64,000 nt of DNA from Eledone cirrhosa (taxonomy: Eukaryota), in NCBI GenBank assembly GCA_964016885.1, contig OZ024755.1:10044001-10108000 (forward strand), read 5' to 3'. The position numbers were made by a program, and so were the translations under genes. Positions 17,441 through 29,689 of the stretch are shown piece by piece. Under the pieces are notes generated by a model that made no database searches, was not told the DNA's origin, and was given only the letters and a program-made list of their open reading frames with translations. Numbering within the stretch: position 1 is the stretch's first letter; each line of letters starts with the position of its first letter.

Positions 17441-18300
17441 AACATGTTACTGAACGAAGACAAATTCGAACTGATCCACTTTGGAAAAGAGGATGCTCTG
17501 AAACTCCCGTACTCCCTTCCCTCCGGGGAAACTCTCGTGGCATCTAACAACATCAGAGACTTGGGAGTAACCGTGGACAGCAACATAAGCTGGACCACGC
17601 ATATAAGCAGCAAAGTTGACATGGCCCGCAGAATGTGTTCCTGGATCCTCAGAACCTTCCAGTCGAGAGATTCCCGCACCATTATCCTTCTCTTCTCTAC
17701 TTTCGCCCGACCACACCTTGAATACTGTTGTCCACTGTGGTCTCCCCACACGAAACAAAGTATCATGAAACTTGAAGCTCCTCAAAGGGCAATCACGAAA
17801 AAGATAGATGGCATGTCAGACCTTGACTACTGGGGTCGATTGGAAAACCTGAAACTTTACTCACTCCAACGTCGCCGTGAGCGTTATATTATCTGCATGA
17901 TGTGGAAAATGTTCCATCATCACTGCCCAAATGATGTTGGCATCGCCTTCAAGATACACCCAAGGCTTGGGCCCCGTGCTATCCGTCCCATTCAAAAATC
18001 TAAATCGCAACTCATAACAACAATACGGCACAATTATTTCACCTCAATCGGCCCTGCTCTCTTCAACATCACACCAGGATACGTCAAAACAGAAACTGAC
18101 CACACAAAATTCAAGAAGTCTTTGGACAAATTCCTCCAAGTAATCCCGGACAAACCACCCACACCCGGATATGTCTCCGCAAACAGTAATTCTCTTCTCG
18201 AATGGGCCATGGTGCCCAAATCCTGAATTGAAAGACTTCGCCAGGTGGTGCTATTAAGTTAGACATGGCCTGGGCCAATACTGGCCAAAACATTTCAAAG
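17441..18300 (+). mobile_element. 5'-truncated CR1/L2-group LINE: uninterrupted ORF2 C-terminus (17441-18226) plus short 3'UTR, inserted in the TA array
   Basis: Peptide has [52 protein letters not shown] and FKKSLDKFL, typical of CR1-group RT thumb and C-terminal regions; no stops over ~260 codons. Confidence 0.93.
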
Positions 18301-18557
18301 TTATATATATGTATATATATATATGTATATATATATGTATATATATATGTATATATATGTATATATGTATGTATATATATATATGTATGTATATATATAT
18401 ATGTATGTATATATATATGTATATATGTATATATATATGTATGTATATATATATATATGTATGTATATATATATATATATGTATATACATATGTGTATAT
18501 ATATATATGTGTATATATATATATATGTATATATATATATGTGTATATATATATGTG

Positions 18558-18608
<51 letters not shown>

Positions 18609-18788
18609 GTATATATATTTATATATATATATGTATATATATTTATATATATATATGTGTATATATATATATATGTATATATATGTATATATATATGTAT
18701 ATAAATATATATGTCTGTACATATATATCTATATATATGTATGTATATATCTGTATATGTATATATATGTATATGTATATATATGTAT

Positions 18789-18845
<57 letters not shown>

Positions 18846-18899
18846 TATATATATATATATGTCTATATATATATATATGTATATATATGTATATATATG

Positions 18900-18954
<55 letters not shown>

Positions 18955-19121
18955 GTATATAAATATATATATATGTATATAAATATATATATATGTATAT
19001 AATAAGGGTTGACAGACCCAGCATATTTAACAATGCCAGTACCGGTTGTATCTCACCGCACTCAATGTATATATATGTATATATATATATGTATGTATAT
19101 GTATACATATATATATATATG

Positions 19122-19155
<34 letters not shown>

Positions 19156-19276
19156 TGTATGTATATGTATGCATATATATATATATGTATGTATATATAT
19201 ATGTATATATAGGGAAAGATGACCCCTTAGCCTTTGTCAAGGCAGAATTCTATGTCAATAAATACACCAGGATTTC

Positions 19277-19335
19277 TTCATTCTGATGATTGAAAGCAAA
19301 ATTTGTTTGCTTTCAAGAAACCACTACTAAATGAA
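19277..19335 (+). ncRNA. Type I hammerhead ribozyme-like motif, stem III mutated
   Basis: Stem I UUCAUU/AAUGAA; CUGAUGA at 19283-19289; perfect 11-bp stem II UUGAAAGCAAA/UUUGCUUUCAA; GAAA at 19317-19320; CC-ACU-AC-UA where family members have CC-NNN-GG-UA. Confidence 0.75.
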
Positions 19336-19532
19336 ATATTTGCCTTATGTTGTTTATTACATAACTATTTAGCTCTGTAACCTACATAGAGCACTCTTTT
19401 TTCCTGGACCTTTCTGACGGAATTACTTCATTCCCATATATATATATATGTATATATATATGTATGTATATATATATGTATGTATATATATATGTATATA
19501 TATATAGATGTATATATATATATATGTATATT

Positions 19533-19791
19533 TATATCAGAGTTTTCCTTCTAGAATTCTGCCTTGACAAAGGCTAAGGGTTCATCTCTCCCAGTGATTT
19601 TGGATGGCCATTGACTCTTAGGAGCTCCTTTTCCCTTTGACAGGTTTTGTTTTTAGTCCTGTAGGATGTCCAAAGTCACCCTCCTCACCAAGAAACCTTG
19701 GTGGGGTTGCCAGTTTAGTCGCCAACGATCGACCACGATACAGATTGTGCTGGGATACATGTTACCAGTAGCACCAACTGGTGACCTGACA
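19533..19791 (-). mobile_element. 5' half of the bipartite RTE-derived element; a short + strand fragment lies at 19211-19252
   Basis: Direct match to about 9257-9520, ending at the same gtgacctgaca boundary. Confidence 0.88.
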
Positions 19792-20572
19792 TATACAATC
19801 TCCGGTTAGAGACAACTGTTCTCCTGACTGCTTGGAATTTAAATCTGATGCACTATGAATTGTTTTCGTAGTAGGAGAGTTTTTCCGGGAACAGGTCGCT
19901 AACCTGAAGCCCAACCATTGACATTTAGTAAAGAGACAGTAAGTGGAGTAGTCTCTGGTAGAACTGCAAACCGATGGGTTGCAGGTGTTATATTGTCTGT
20001 CGGACAACCTTTCCCCCACCCCTGAAAAACCCCCAGTTGATGGATGTGAATCCGAAATATATAGGGACAATTAAATCTCTCCCAAGGTAACTCTCTCTCG
20101 TGTTGTTATTTTTATTCTATCCTTTATACTCTTTCCTTCATTCCTCTACACGTATTATACACGCCACGCATCTCAACGTACACCCACTTACATCTCTCTC
20201 TCCACCACCGGATCTTGTTACCCGGAGATTTACCCATTTGTATTGTCGAGGCTTCTAAACGACTTAAAGATATTTACATATATATATATGTATATATATG
20301 TATATATATATATATATATGCATATAAATATATGTATATATATGTATATTTATATATATATATATATGTATATATATGTATATATATATATGTATATATA
20401 TATATGTATATATATGTATATATATATGTATATATATGTATATATATATGTATATATATGTATATATATATGTATATATATGTATATATATGTATATATA
20501 TATATGTATATATATGTATATATATACATATGTATATATATACATATGTATATATATATATGTATATATATG

Positions 20573-20604
<32 letters not shown>

Positions 20605-20616
20605 TATGTGTATATA

Positions 20617-20667
<51 letters not shown>

Positions 20668-20670
20668 ATA

Positions 20671-20715
<45 letters not shown>

Positions 20716-20718
20716 ATA

Positions 20719-20849
<131 letters not shown>

Positions 20850-20852
20850 ATA

Positions 20853-20901
<49 letters not shown>

Positions 20902-21055
20902 ATATATATGTATATAAGTATATATATGTATATATATTTATTTATATATGTATATATATGTATATAACGAAGGCATTGTGGTAAGGAACCAGACGGGCCA
21001 CAACGCACCAGAGTACTCAATACTTAGGGTAGTAGAGTGGGTAATAGGAAAATGT

Positions 21056-21108
21056 ATGACCCCGACGGCAGAGCTCAAGCCGTTTCGACGGCTATAATAG
21101 CCCAGAAA
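21056..21108 (-). ncRNA. Hammerhead-like remnant with a deleted core
   Basis: Minus strand: CUG[core missing]GGCUAU-U-AUAGCC-GUC-GAAA-CGGC-uugagcucu-GCCG-UC. Stem III and the GUC triplet are intact; the 3' half recurs at 51478-51506 (+). Confidence 0.5.
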
Positions 21109-21189
21109 TGGATATATAATATTCTTGTACATTTAATAGTATTGTGTAAAATGTTAGTAAAACTAGCCGCCAACAACGATAGAAATTCT

Positions 21190-21740
21190 TTGTCATCCTA
21201 AAGAGGATGTCCTCATCCTCAGGTCGTTGATCCACACGCCGGCCATCCACTCCACCATCAGGTCTTGGCTCCAGTAGCTCACGACCCTCACGAGTAGACT
21301 TTTGCATAATTGCCGCCCATCCAACCCTCTTCCTGTCGAGGAACTGCTTCACCATTCTGAAGCTTCTCTCCACACTTCGTAGTACTTCTTGCTACAGCCA
21401 CGCATCTCTCCTTGTTGACCTTGACACTTGTATCTGAGCGGCAGCTGAGGAGATATGCAACATCAAGTTTGACGACCTTGGATGGCAACAAGACACCTTA
21501 CAAATGTCGCTGCCAATGAGAACCTGGTGCAGTCTGTGACTAACCCAGGCTCTGCTGCACTTCAGACTGAGGAGGGCAAACTCTCCAAATATCGGTCACT
21601 CTCCGACAAGTTTGAAGTCGAGCACTGGCTAGCTGCATGTGTGAGACTCGTGAGATGAAATGGCTCTTCCAGCGCATTTCCCTTACCGTCCTCCAGGGAA
21701 ACACCTTCTCTATTCTGTCCGTGGGGTGTCCAGCACGTGG
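21190..21740 (+). mobile_element. Decayed, internally deleted CRE-like (REL-endonuclease) non-LTR retrotransposon
   Basis: + strand peptides: AHPTLFLSRNCFTILKLLSTLRST...ICNIKFDDLGWQQDTL (RT thumb), PGSAALQTEEGKLSKYRSL (REL E..K..KY motif) and REMKWLFQRISLTVLQGNTFSILSV (CRE C-terminus). Confidence 0.75.
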
Positions 21741-22362
21741 GACCCAATTTTCTCATAATATTGAGAGATGGGGAAGGCGAGAGAGACAGTGGGAGTTTGG
21801 TTCCTCTATGTTCGGACCTGGTGTACATGTGTGTGTAATTTAACACTTATTTTCATTTTTTTTTTTATAGCTGTGGATACGTGTATGTTGAAAAATTCTA
21901 TGCACATGCGTACTGACGTTTAATTTTTGGCGCATGCGCGATTGTAGATATTTCAGAAAAAAAATGGCTGCTTAAATTTTAGACGTATTTTGCAACCTGT
22001 TGTAAAAAATAGACGTTAAAAACTTGGATTTTTACCATTTTTACGAAGGTAAAGCAAAGCTTTATTTTATGTTGAAGTCTTTTATTGAAATATTGTATAT
22101 TTATTTCCCTACATAATGTCACCTATAACTAATTAAACGATAGTTTTGTTTAGCTATTGCTACCCCTCCTCACGTGTTTCAATATACAGGGCGACCACAA
22201 ACACACTGCTTGATTTCAAATACTTATAATATGAAAACTTAAATGAATATTCTTACAATATTGGTCGCTACAGCTGCATAAACTAACAAAATTTATTTCA
22301 CGTGGTATTGGTTAATATCATAGATATCTGCCCCTTTTGTTGATCGGCAATAATCAATGCAA

Positions 22363-22478
22363 TAATTGTTTCTATTCTTGGCACAAAGCCAGCAATTATC
22401 AGTGTATTACTGGTACTTTATTTTATCGACCCCGTAAGGATGAAAGGCAAAGCAAACCTCGGCGGGATTTGAATTCTG
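22363..22478 (-). mobile_element. Deu/Nin-core tRNA-SINE fragment
   Basis: tactggtactttattttatcgaccccgtaaggatgaaaggcaaag. Confidence 0.85.
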
Positions 22479-24739
22479 GACCCTTTGCAGAGAGTGTTTC
22501 TGTGGTTACCCTGTATATATATATACATGATGTCCCAGAAAAAATGTATAATACTTTGATTACCTGTACAGGCAATATTTATTATAATGCACAGCATTTC
22601 CCCAAAATATAATGATCTACAGACATAATTCAATTGTATGTCTTTCTCTGATCGATCAACAAGATCCCAGACCTCATTCGTTTGTCGAGTTGGGTGGAGC
22701 TCGTCAAATTTGACCGAGGCAACAATGTTTCTATGGCTGATACTATCTATAGGCTCAGATGTTTGGCGCCAGCTCATCTTGGGACGTTGAGGGATTCGAT
22801 CTCTGGGTTTTTTCTTTAAACTATGAAATTATATTCATTAAAAACATCATCTTGACACCAACACACTAACAATTTTCTTATGAAGGGGTACCAATACAGG
22901 ACCCGGTTAACATGTCTTTCATTTGGGAGTCGTGTGCGATGAATGGACAGATAGATTAGACTTAAAACTGCATGTCTTGAGACACACGAGGCAACCAAAG
23001 TGCTCCAATCTCCACTATCTATCAATACATCGTTCAACGTTTTGTTTTGTTAACGGGGTACCCCATCAGATCGCGAAGGCAACCAAAGTGATCCAATGAC
23101 CACTACGGTCAGTTGCATCTATCAATACATCGTTCCAACTTTTATTGACGGGTTTCTTGTCGATATAAACATATATGCCTGTGTTTGTGATGTACACAAT
23201 TTAATGAAATAAAGTTTAGCATAGATTTTTTTTTGTCTGTTCATCTTGGGACATCCTCTTCGTCTCTTTCCATAGGAGGGGATACCAATACAGATTAAAA
23301 AAGTACAGACCCTTTGGGTCCTACTCTCTCTTTCGACCAAGCCAGCGAAGTTCTTTACATCAACAGAAATATAACTTTAATAATACTTTTACAAACAAAG
23401 ACATCATAACAAAAAACGTCACACGATTCATCGATGTTCATTTCTTTCTTCCTCGTGTATTTTCATATAACTTCGGCGTAAATTATATTTAATAAATTAG
23501 TAACATACCGGCTTTGTGATATCGTCGTTTGTTTTATATATTTCATTTCCTGTGTGATCAAGGAACCAACATATCAATGAACACGCATTTCATTTATTTT
23601 TGACACTTTCAAAAACATACATTTCATATAGATTTTATTTCGACTTTTTAGAAAACACTTTTCATACAGATTTTTTTTTACATTTTCCCAAAACACACAT
23701 TTCATCTTAATGAACACTTTTACATACTTATACCCCCGCAATCTCTGGTCACACTGTATATATATATATATATTTTATTTCCTACATGATCATCATCATC
23801 TTAATTAACATTGATACTTAGTTGCACACACGCAATCTCTAGCCACACTGTATCAGGCACATCAAATTTCTTTAGCCTACACTCCCACAATAGTGACTAT
23901 GAAAGTATGTAATGTTTTCTTTGCTCTACACTCGAACTATCTTACGTTTTATTAAATACACACTTTATATCAATAACTCTCACACTTTGGATATTGTGTT
24001 GCTGTGAAGAGGTATTTTATGTGGCTTTCTGGAACATCTTCAACCTCTCGACACATGTTTTCTTTTAAATAAAATAAACAAACAAACTACACATACAAAT
24101 TGTGTTACCTCTTCTAAGAAACTAAACTAAGCCATCTCGACACTATATACATACTTTCTAAGAAATATAACTCAAATTTCTTTCTATAAACATCATTCTG
24201 TAGATCTTTCTTTATTGAATACCTTGTCAACACTAGCAGATATTCTTGAGACAGAAAAATACGTTTTACTATCTTCTCTTTTTAGAGACATACTGTCTAC
24301 TAAGAAAAATATATAAACCTTCTCTCTACAGGAATATACCTTTCCTTCTAAGAAACCTCTATATACAGCTACATTTTTATTATCTTTCACACCCAATGAA
24401 GCATGGCAGCTTTATTTCTCGCACACATGTCTTCTCTTGTACGTAGAAAGAAACCTTTTGTTGTCCAACTAATTTCTACTTTGTGATTTGGAGCAACGTG
24501 AAATAAAGTGTCCCATTCAAGAACTAACGCAAAATCCGGTGTGAGATTCGAACTCACGATTGTAAAGCCCGACGACTTAAATTTTGAACGAATTCTTTTT
24601 AGATATAATCATCGTAATCAAAGATTAACTGTTGATCAGTGTTAACTAGATCGATATCACTTTAACCTACGTAACATTTACATTGTTAGTTTCCTCTTAG
24701 GAAACTTCATTTACTTTCTTTGTTCCTTTTCAACACTTC

Positions 24740-25010
24740 ATATACATTCTTAGTTTCCTCTATTTAATTGTTTCTACATTTGGCACAAGGCCAGCAAATT
24801 ACCCAGTAGATTACTGGTACTTTATTTTATCGACCCCCTAAGGGTGAAAGGCAAAGTTAACCTCGATCTCAGTTCAAATCCCGTCGAGATTAACTTTGCC
24901 TTTCATCCTTACGGGGTCGATAAAATAATGTACTGGATAATTGCTGGCCTTGTGCCAAAAGTAGAAACTATTATATATACATTTAAATAGAGGAAACTAA
25001 GAATGTATAT
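24740..25010. mobile_element. Head-to-head pair of Deu/Nin-core SINE 3' halves forming a palindrome, with perfectly inverted 28-bp flanks
   Basis: Minus copy 24766-24865 and plus copy 24870-24972; flanks atatacattcttagtttcctctatttaa / ttaaatagaggaaactaagaatgtatat. Confidence 0.88.
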
Positions 25011-25388
25011 ATAATAAAAGACAAAATTGGATGAATTTTATCAAGTTTAATATTCTTTTTATTGATAACGTATGTTCATTTCTTTTTACAGATGTCCAGC
25101 CTTCAAGTTCGTATCAAGTGGGAATGGCGTAATTTCTGTTAATCAAGAAATTTTCATTTTATTTTATTTTGACAAAAATGAATAAAGAAAGTTTACATAT
25201 TATATACGAATTGTGTTAATTTTACTTTAACAAAAATGAATAAAGAAATCAAGTCCAGAAGAAACTGAGTAAGACGTACTAAAAAGAACGTAAGTGTATG
25301 AAGTTTCTAAATAAAGAAACTAAAAGAAACTAAAAATGTCTTTGAAAATGTCGAAAAAAAAACCTATATGAAACGGGACGCCATTTTG

Positions 25389-25491
25389 TTTTTTTTTTAT
25401 TTCTCCACTTTAGAGGCATCAGATACTCATGCATGGTTAAAGGCATGGAGCGAGGAACTGATGCCTCTAAAGTGGAGAAATAAAAAAAAAA
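25389..25491. repeat. 34-bp perfect inverted repeat with a structured 35-nt loop
   Basis: T10-atttctccactttagaggcatcag ... ctgatgcctctaaagtggagaaat-A10; the loop holds ctcatgc/gcatggag. Confidence 0.92.
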
Positions 25492-28400
25492 ATTAACGGG
25501 GGGCCCCCTCTGTGATTGAAATTTTAAAAAAAATTGAATAGTTGTTTCCCTTACTTTTTACAAAGAGAAGTCATTAGAAGCCATTTATTAGGCTAATTTT
25601 TTTCATTTTCAAACTCTACAATATGTAGAATTTTTTGTATTTTTTCTCGTAAATAATCACAACTCGTAAATAATGTGCAAAGATTCTTTTATTAACAAAA
25701 TCTTTTTTCATACAATTTGTAAATAATATGTAAACATTTTTTTTTATTAACAGACACTTCATCACTATTCAGGAAACTTCGACTTGTAAAATCTTTCCCT
25801 CAGTGGTTACGGCAAACAACAGAGCAGGTTGACCGAGAAGGCCGGACATCTGTAAGAAAAATGAAATAAGAAAAACTATGAAAATCATTTACATACGTTG
25901 TGTCAATAAAAAAAATGTTAAACTTCATCAAATTCTTCCAGTTTTGTCACATTATGTACATAAATATAAAGATATATATTTAAATACTTACGTTGCCAAT
26001 TAAACAAGGGTGTGAGGACCACATAATGATCTGTCGGTTGTGAAGTTACGGATTTTCATAAACAAAAACCAAATGAATATGACCTCGGATTATTTTTATT
26101 GATATATATATATAGTGAATCGAATGGTTGGTTGTGTTGTGGCGTTGATTCATTTATTGTGTGTGTGCTCACTTGTAGATTGCTGAGTGTTGTTGTCACT
26201 ATTGTGGGAGTGTAGGCTAGAGAAATTCGATGTGCCTGATATAGTGTGGCCAGAGATTGCGTGTGTGCAAGTAAGTATCAGTGTTAATTAAGATGATGAT
26301 GATCACGTAGGAAATGAAATATATATATATATATACAGTGTGACCAGAGATTGCGGGGGTGTAAGTAAATAACAGTGTTCATTAAGATGAAATGTATGTT
26401 TTTGAAAGTGTCAAAAATAAATGAAATGCGTGTTCATTATCATCATGATATGTTGGTTCCTTGATCACACGGGAAATGAAATATATAAAACAAATGACGA
26501 TATCACAAAGCCGGTATGTTACTAATTTATTAAATATAATTTACACCGAAGTTATGTGAAAATACACGAGGAAGAAAGAAATGAACATCGATGAATCGTG
26601 TGACGTTTTTTGTTAAGATGTCTTTCTCAAAGTATTATTAAAGTTGTATTTACTATATTTCTGTTGATGTAAAGAACGTCGGTCGAAAGAGAGAGTAGGA
26701 CCCAAAGGGTCTGTACTTTTTAAATCTGTATTGGTATCCCCTCCTATGGGAAGAGACGAAGAGGATGTCCCAAGATGAACTAGTGCCAGACAAAAAAAAT
26801 CTATGTTAAACTTTATTTCATTAAATTGTGTGCATCACAAACACATGCATATATATATAGACAAGATCCAATACTTCATTCGTTTAACGAGTGGGGTAGA
26901 GCTCGTCAAATCGAACCGAGGAAACAATGTTTCCATTGCTCTTTTCAATTGCTAATACTATCTGTCGCAAATTTAGACAAGGAGCAGCGTGAAATAAAGT
27001 GTATATATATCTTTTGTAATATCACCAATCTGACGAGCAGATCGATACTGGAGTCGGGTCCATAACTCCTATGGGTCACCTTCAGCCAATCATCTGTGAA
27101 ACGCGCGTACCAGGTCGATATGTAATAAATATTTTTCATATGTAAACGAAACTTGCTCGTTTTTTTCTATTATATATATATATACTGAAATATGTAGGGA
27201 GGTGTTGTATTATATTAGAAATACATTAACACGGGAGAAGGGTTGCAATAGCTAAACAAAACTATCGTTTAATTATGTCTCACCACGTGGGAGTTTTAAG
27301 TCTAATCTGTCTCACACGACTCCCAAACGAGAGACATGATAATCCAAAGGGAAATAAAAATACAAAGTTAGTTGGAATAAAATAAAGATATACTTTACCT
27401 TCGTAAAAATCCAAGATTTTAACGTTTATTTTTTCTACAGGTTGGAAAGCATGTTTAAAAGTTAAGCAAAGGGTCTGTGCCGTGTAAATCTGTATTGGTA
27501 CCCCGCCTCCCAAGATTGTAGATGAAGTGTCTAAATAAGAATGTAAATGAACTTTCGTAAGAAGAAACTAAGAATGTAAATGGTTCTATGTTACGCAGGT
27601 TAAAGTGATATCGATCTACTTAACACTGATCAACAGTTAAATGTTGAAAAGGAACACAGAAACTAAGAATGTAAATGGTTGTGGATTAAAGTGATATCGA
27701 TCTAGTTAACACTGATCAACAGTTAATCTTTGATTACGATGATGGTATCTAAAAAAAAATTCGTTCAAATCTTAAGTCGTCGGGCTTTACAATCGTCAGT
27801 TGGATTCTCAGAGGATCCCACGAGAAGTATACGTCCTTATACTGCTTCAATCACCCTCTCACTTGGAATTCACCAAGGTGGTTTGGGTGACCAGGTTTAG
27901 CTGACCGTAGAGGATTCCACGAGAAGTTTATACCCTATAAGCAGGCACTGATTATGGTTTAGCTGGCCGTAGAGATCGTACGAGATGTTTACGACCTTAA
28001 AGTGCTTATGTCCCCACCTAATCTGGCATTTACCACGAGAAGTGTACGTCCTTAAACTGCTACAATGACACTCTCACCTGGAATTGACCAACTGTGGAGG
28101 AGGGTGGTTTTGGTGTGTTATATAGGTATACTTCAATGGTTCTAACTGCTTACTAAGAGTAGCAGATTGACAATTAACTGCACACATGTAGATTGGAACT
28201 AAGGTTCACAGAGGAACAGACATAAGCAATGAAAATGGATTGCTTCGGACACGTATCCCTTTTTGCATAAGCATGATCAACCATCACGTAACCATAAGCA
28301 CCATTGAAATACAACACCACCAGGACGTGTGGCAGAAGCTAAACAAAACTATCGTTTAAATTATTGCTGACATTTATGGAAGGAAATAAACCGAAAATGC

Positions 28401-29689
28401 CTCAATAAAACTGTTCAACATAAAATAAAACTGTTCAACATAAAATAAAACTTTACTTTACCTCCTTATAAATAGTAAAATCCAGTTTTTTTTTTTATCA
28501 GGTTGGAAAACGAAGTTGTTCTAACGACCATTATTATTTTTTCCAAACATGACTCCATTTACACATGCGCAAAAAAAACAGACAACAATGCGCATGCGCA
28601 AAAAAATCAGACGACAATGCGCATGCGCAAAGTATTTATGTGAAGTCAGAATGGGTTTACAATCGTGAGTTCGATTCTCAGACCTGGCTTAATAACCGGT
28701 TGTTTATTGTTAAAGCTCTTTCGTCACACATTCTGTGACTAATTTATTTTGTTCTATCTGTCATGTTTATATATATATATACACTAGTATTAAACTAGTA
28801 AGATGTGCCCTCTAATGGGTTGATTGGAGGGGTAGTGCTACAACCACTGTTGACAAAAAAGGTCGCATGTAGCTGTATATAGAGGTTTCGTTTTATTTAA
28901 TAGAAGAGAGAAGGGGGTTTATATATTTTTCTTAGAAGAATATACGTATTTTTGTGTTACCAGTTTAATAAAGGAAAAGAGTTGGTTTAAAGAGAGATGA
29001 GAGATAACAATGTAACTGTATGTGTGCTTGTTTCGTCCTCTAATCTGGATGTAGGAGAGCCTATAAGTTAATAACACCATAAAGCCGTTACTTTCGCTCC
29101 CTAACCTGGCATTCCAGTACTAATTGGAAGCAGAGTAACATCAAGTTTTCAAGGTTTGGGGAGATAGCAATGAAAAGTTCACTTGCGTGTTCTTGCTAGA
29201 TGAAAGTGAGACACACCCAACACTACTAAGAGAAGCGAGAAAGCAGGTATGGATTGAGACGTACCTCTCCCTAAGTCCTGTCTGTATAGTCACGAATGCA
29301 TCCCCTAACAACACACACATATATATGAGCAAAGTACGGGGTGGTCAGACTTCCCTCATAGCGTTTAAGGCTTGTTGAAGTATTATGATGGAAAGACAGT
29401 AAAACATATAGAATAGCACCCCAACAGCTATGGAAAACTGATTTAATGTATATTTGTGGTAATCTAAAGTGCAACAATACATCACTCCTTCCTACAGTAA
29501 TGAGGAATTCCAAGTGTAAATCCTGTGTATATCTATATAAATAACATTGGTAAACTTAAGTGAAGGTGGAGTAAACATATTTTTACTGTGTTTTAGTTAA
29601 ATTCTAAAATAAAGAATTACGATGGTAAGGGCACCCTGCTGTAGAAGTTGGATGCCCTTCTAACACCAACCACATTTACAGTGCACCCT

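Larger units (their letters stand above)
21890..29030. repeat. Cluster of rearranged, mostly inverted copies of an unidentified complex repeat
   Basis: Inverted pairs: 23170-23897/26195-26852 (high identity), 21900-22160/28335-28630 and 27230-27450, 24540-24740/27540-27810, 24240-24375/28865-28960, 25020-25104/25838-25948. Bases 26118-26325 recur directly at 34462-34672. Confidence 0.85.

Noticed and set aside
19797-20230. Possible MITE bounded by aatctccgg / ccggagatt
   Set aside because: Short inverted match, no clear TSD and no second copy in the window.
25423-25460. HDV-like UUCCUCGC loop on the minus strand inside the hairpin
   Set aside because: No GG for P1.1 and no P4 or J4/2 in the right order.
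29187-29378. 63-aa ORF and other short unique-looking ORFs (for example ~30473-30580 minus)
   Set aside because: No recognisable domain or splice context; cannot be assigned without a search.
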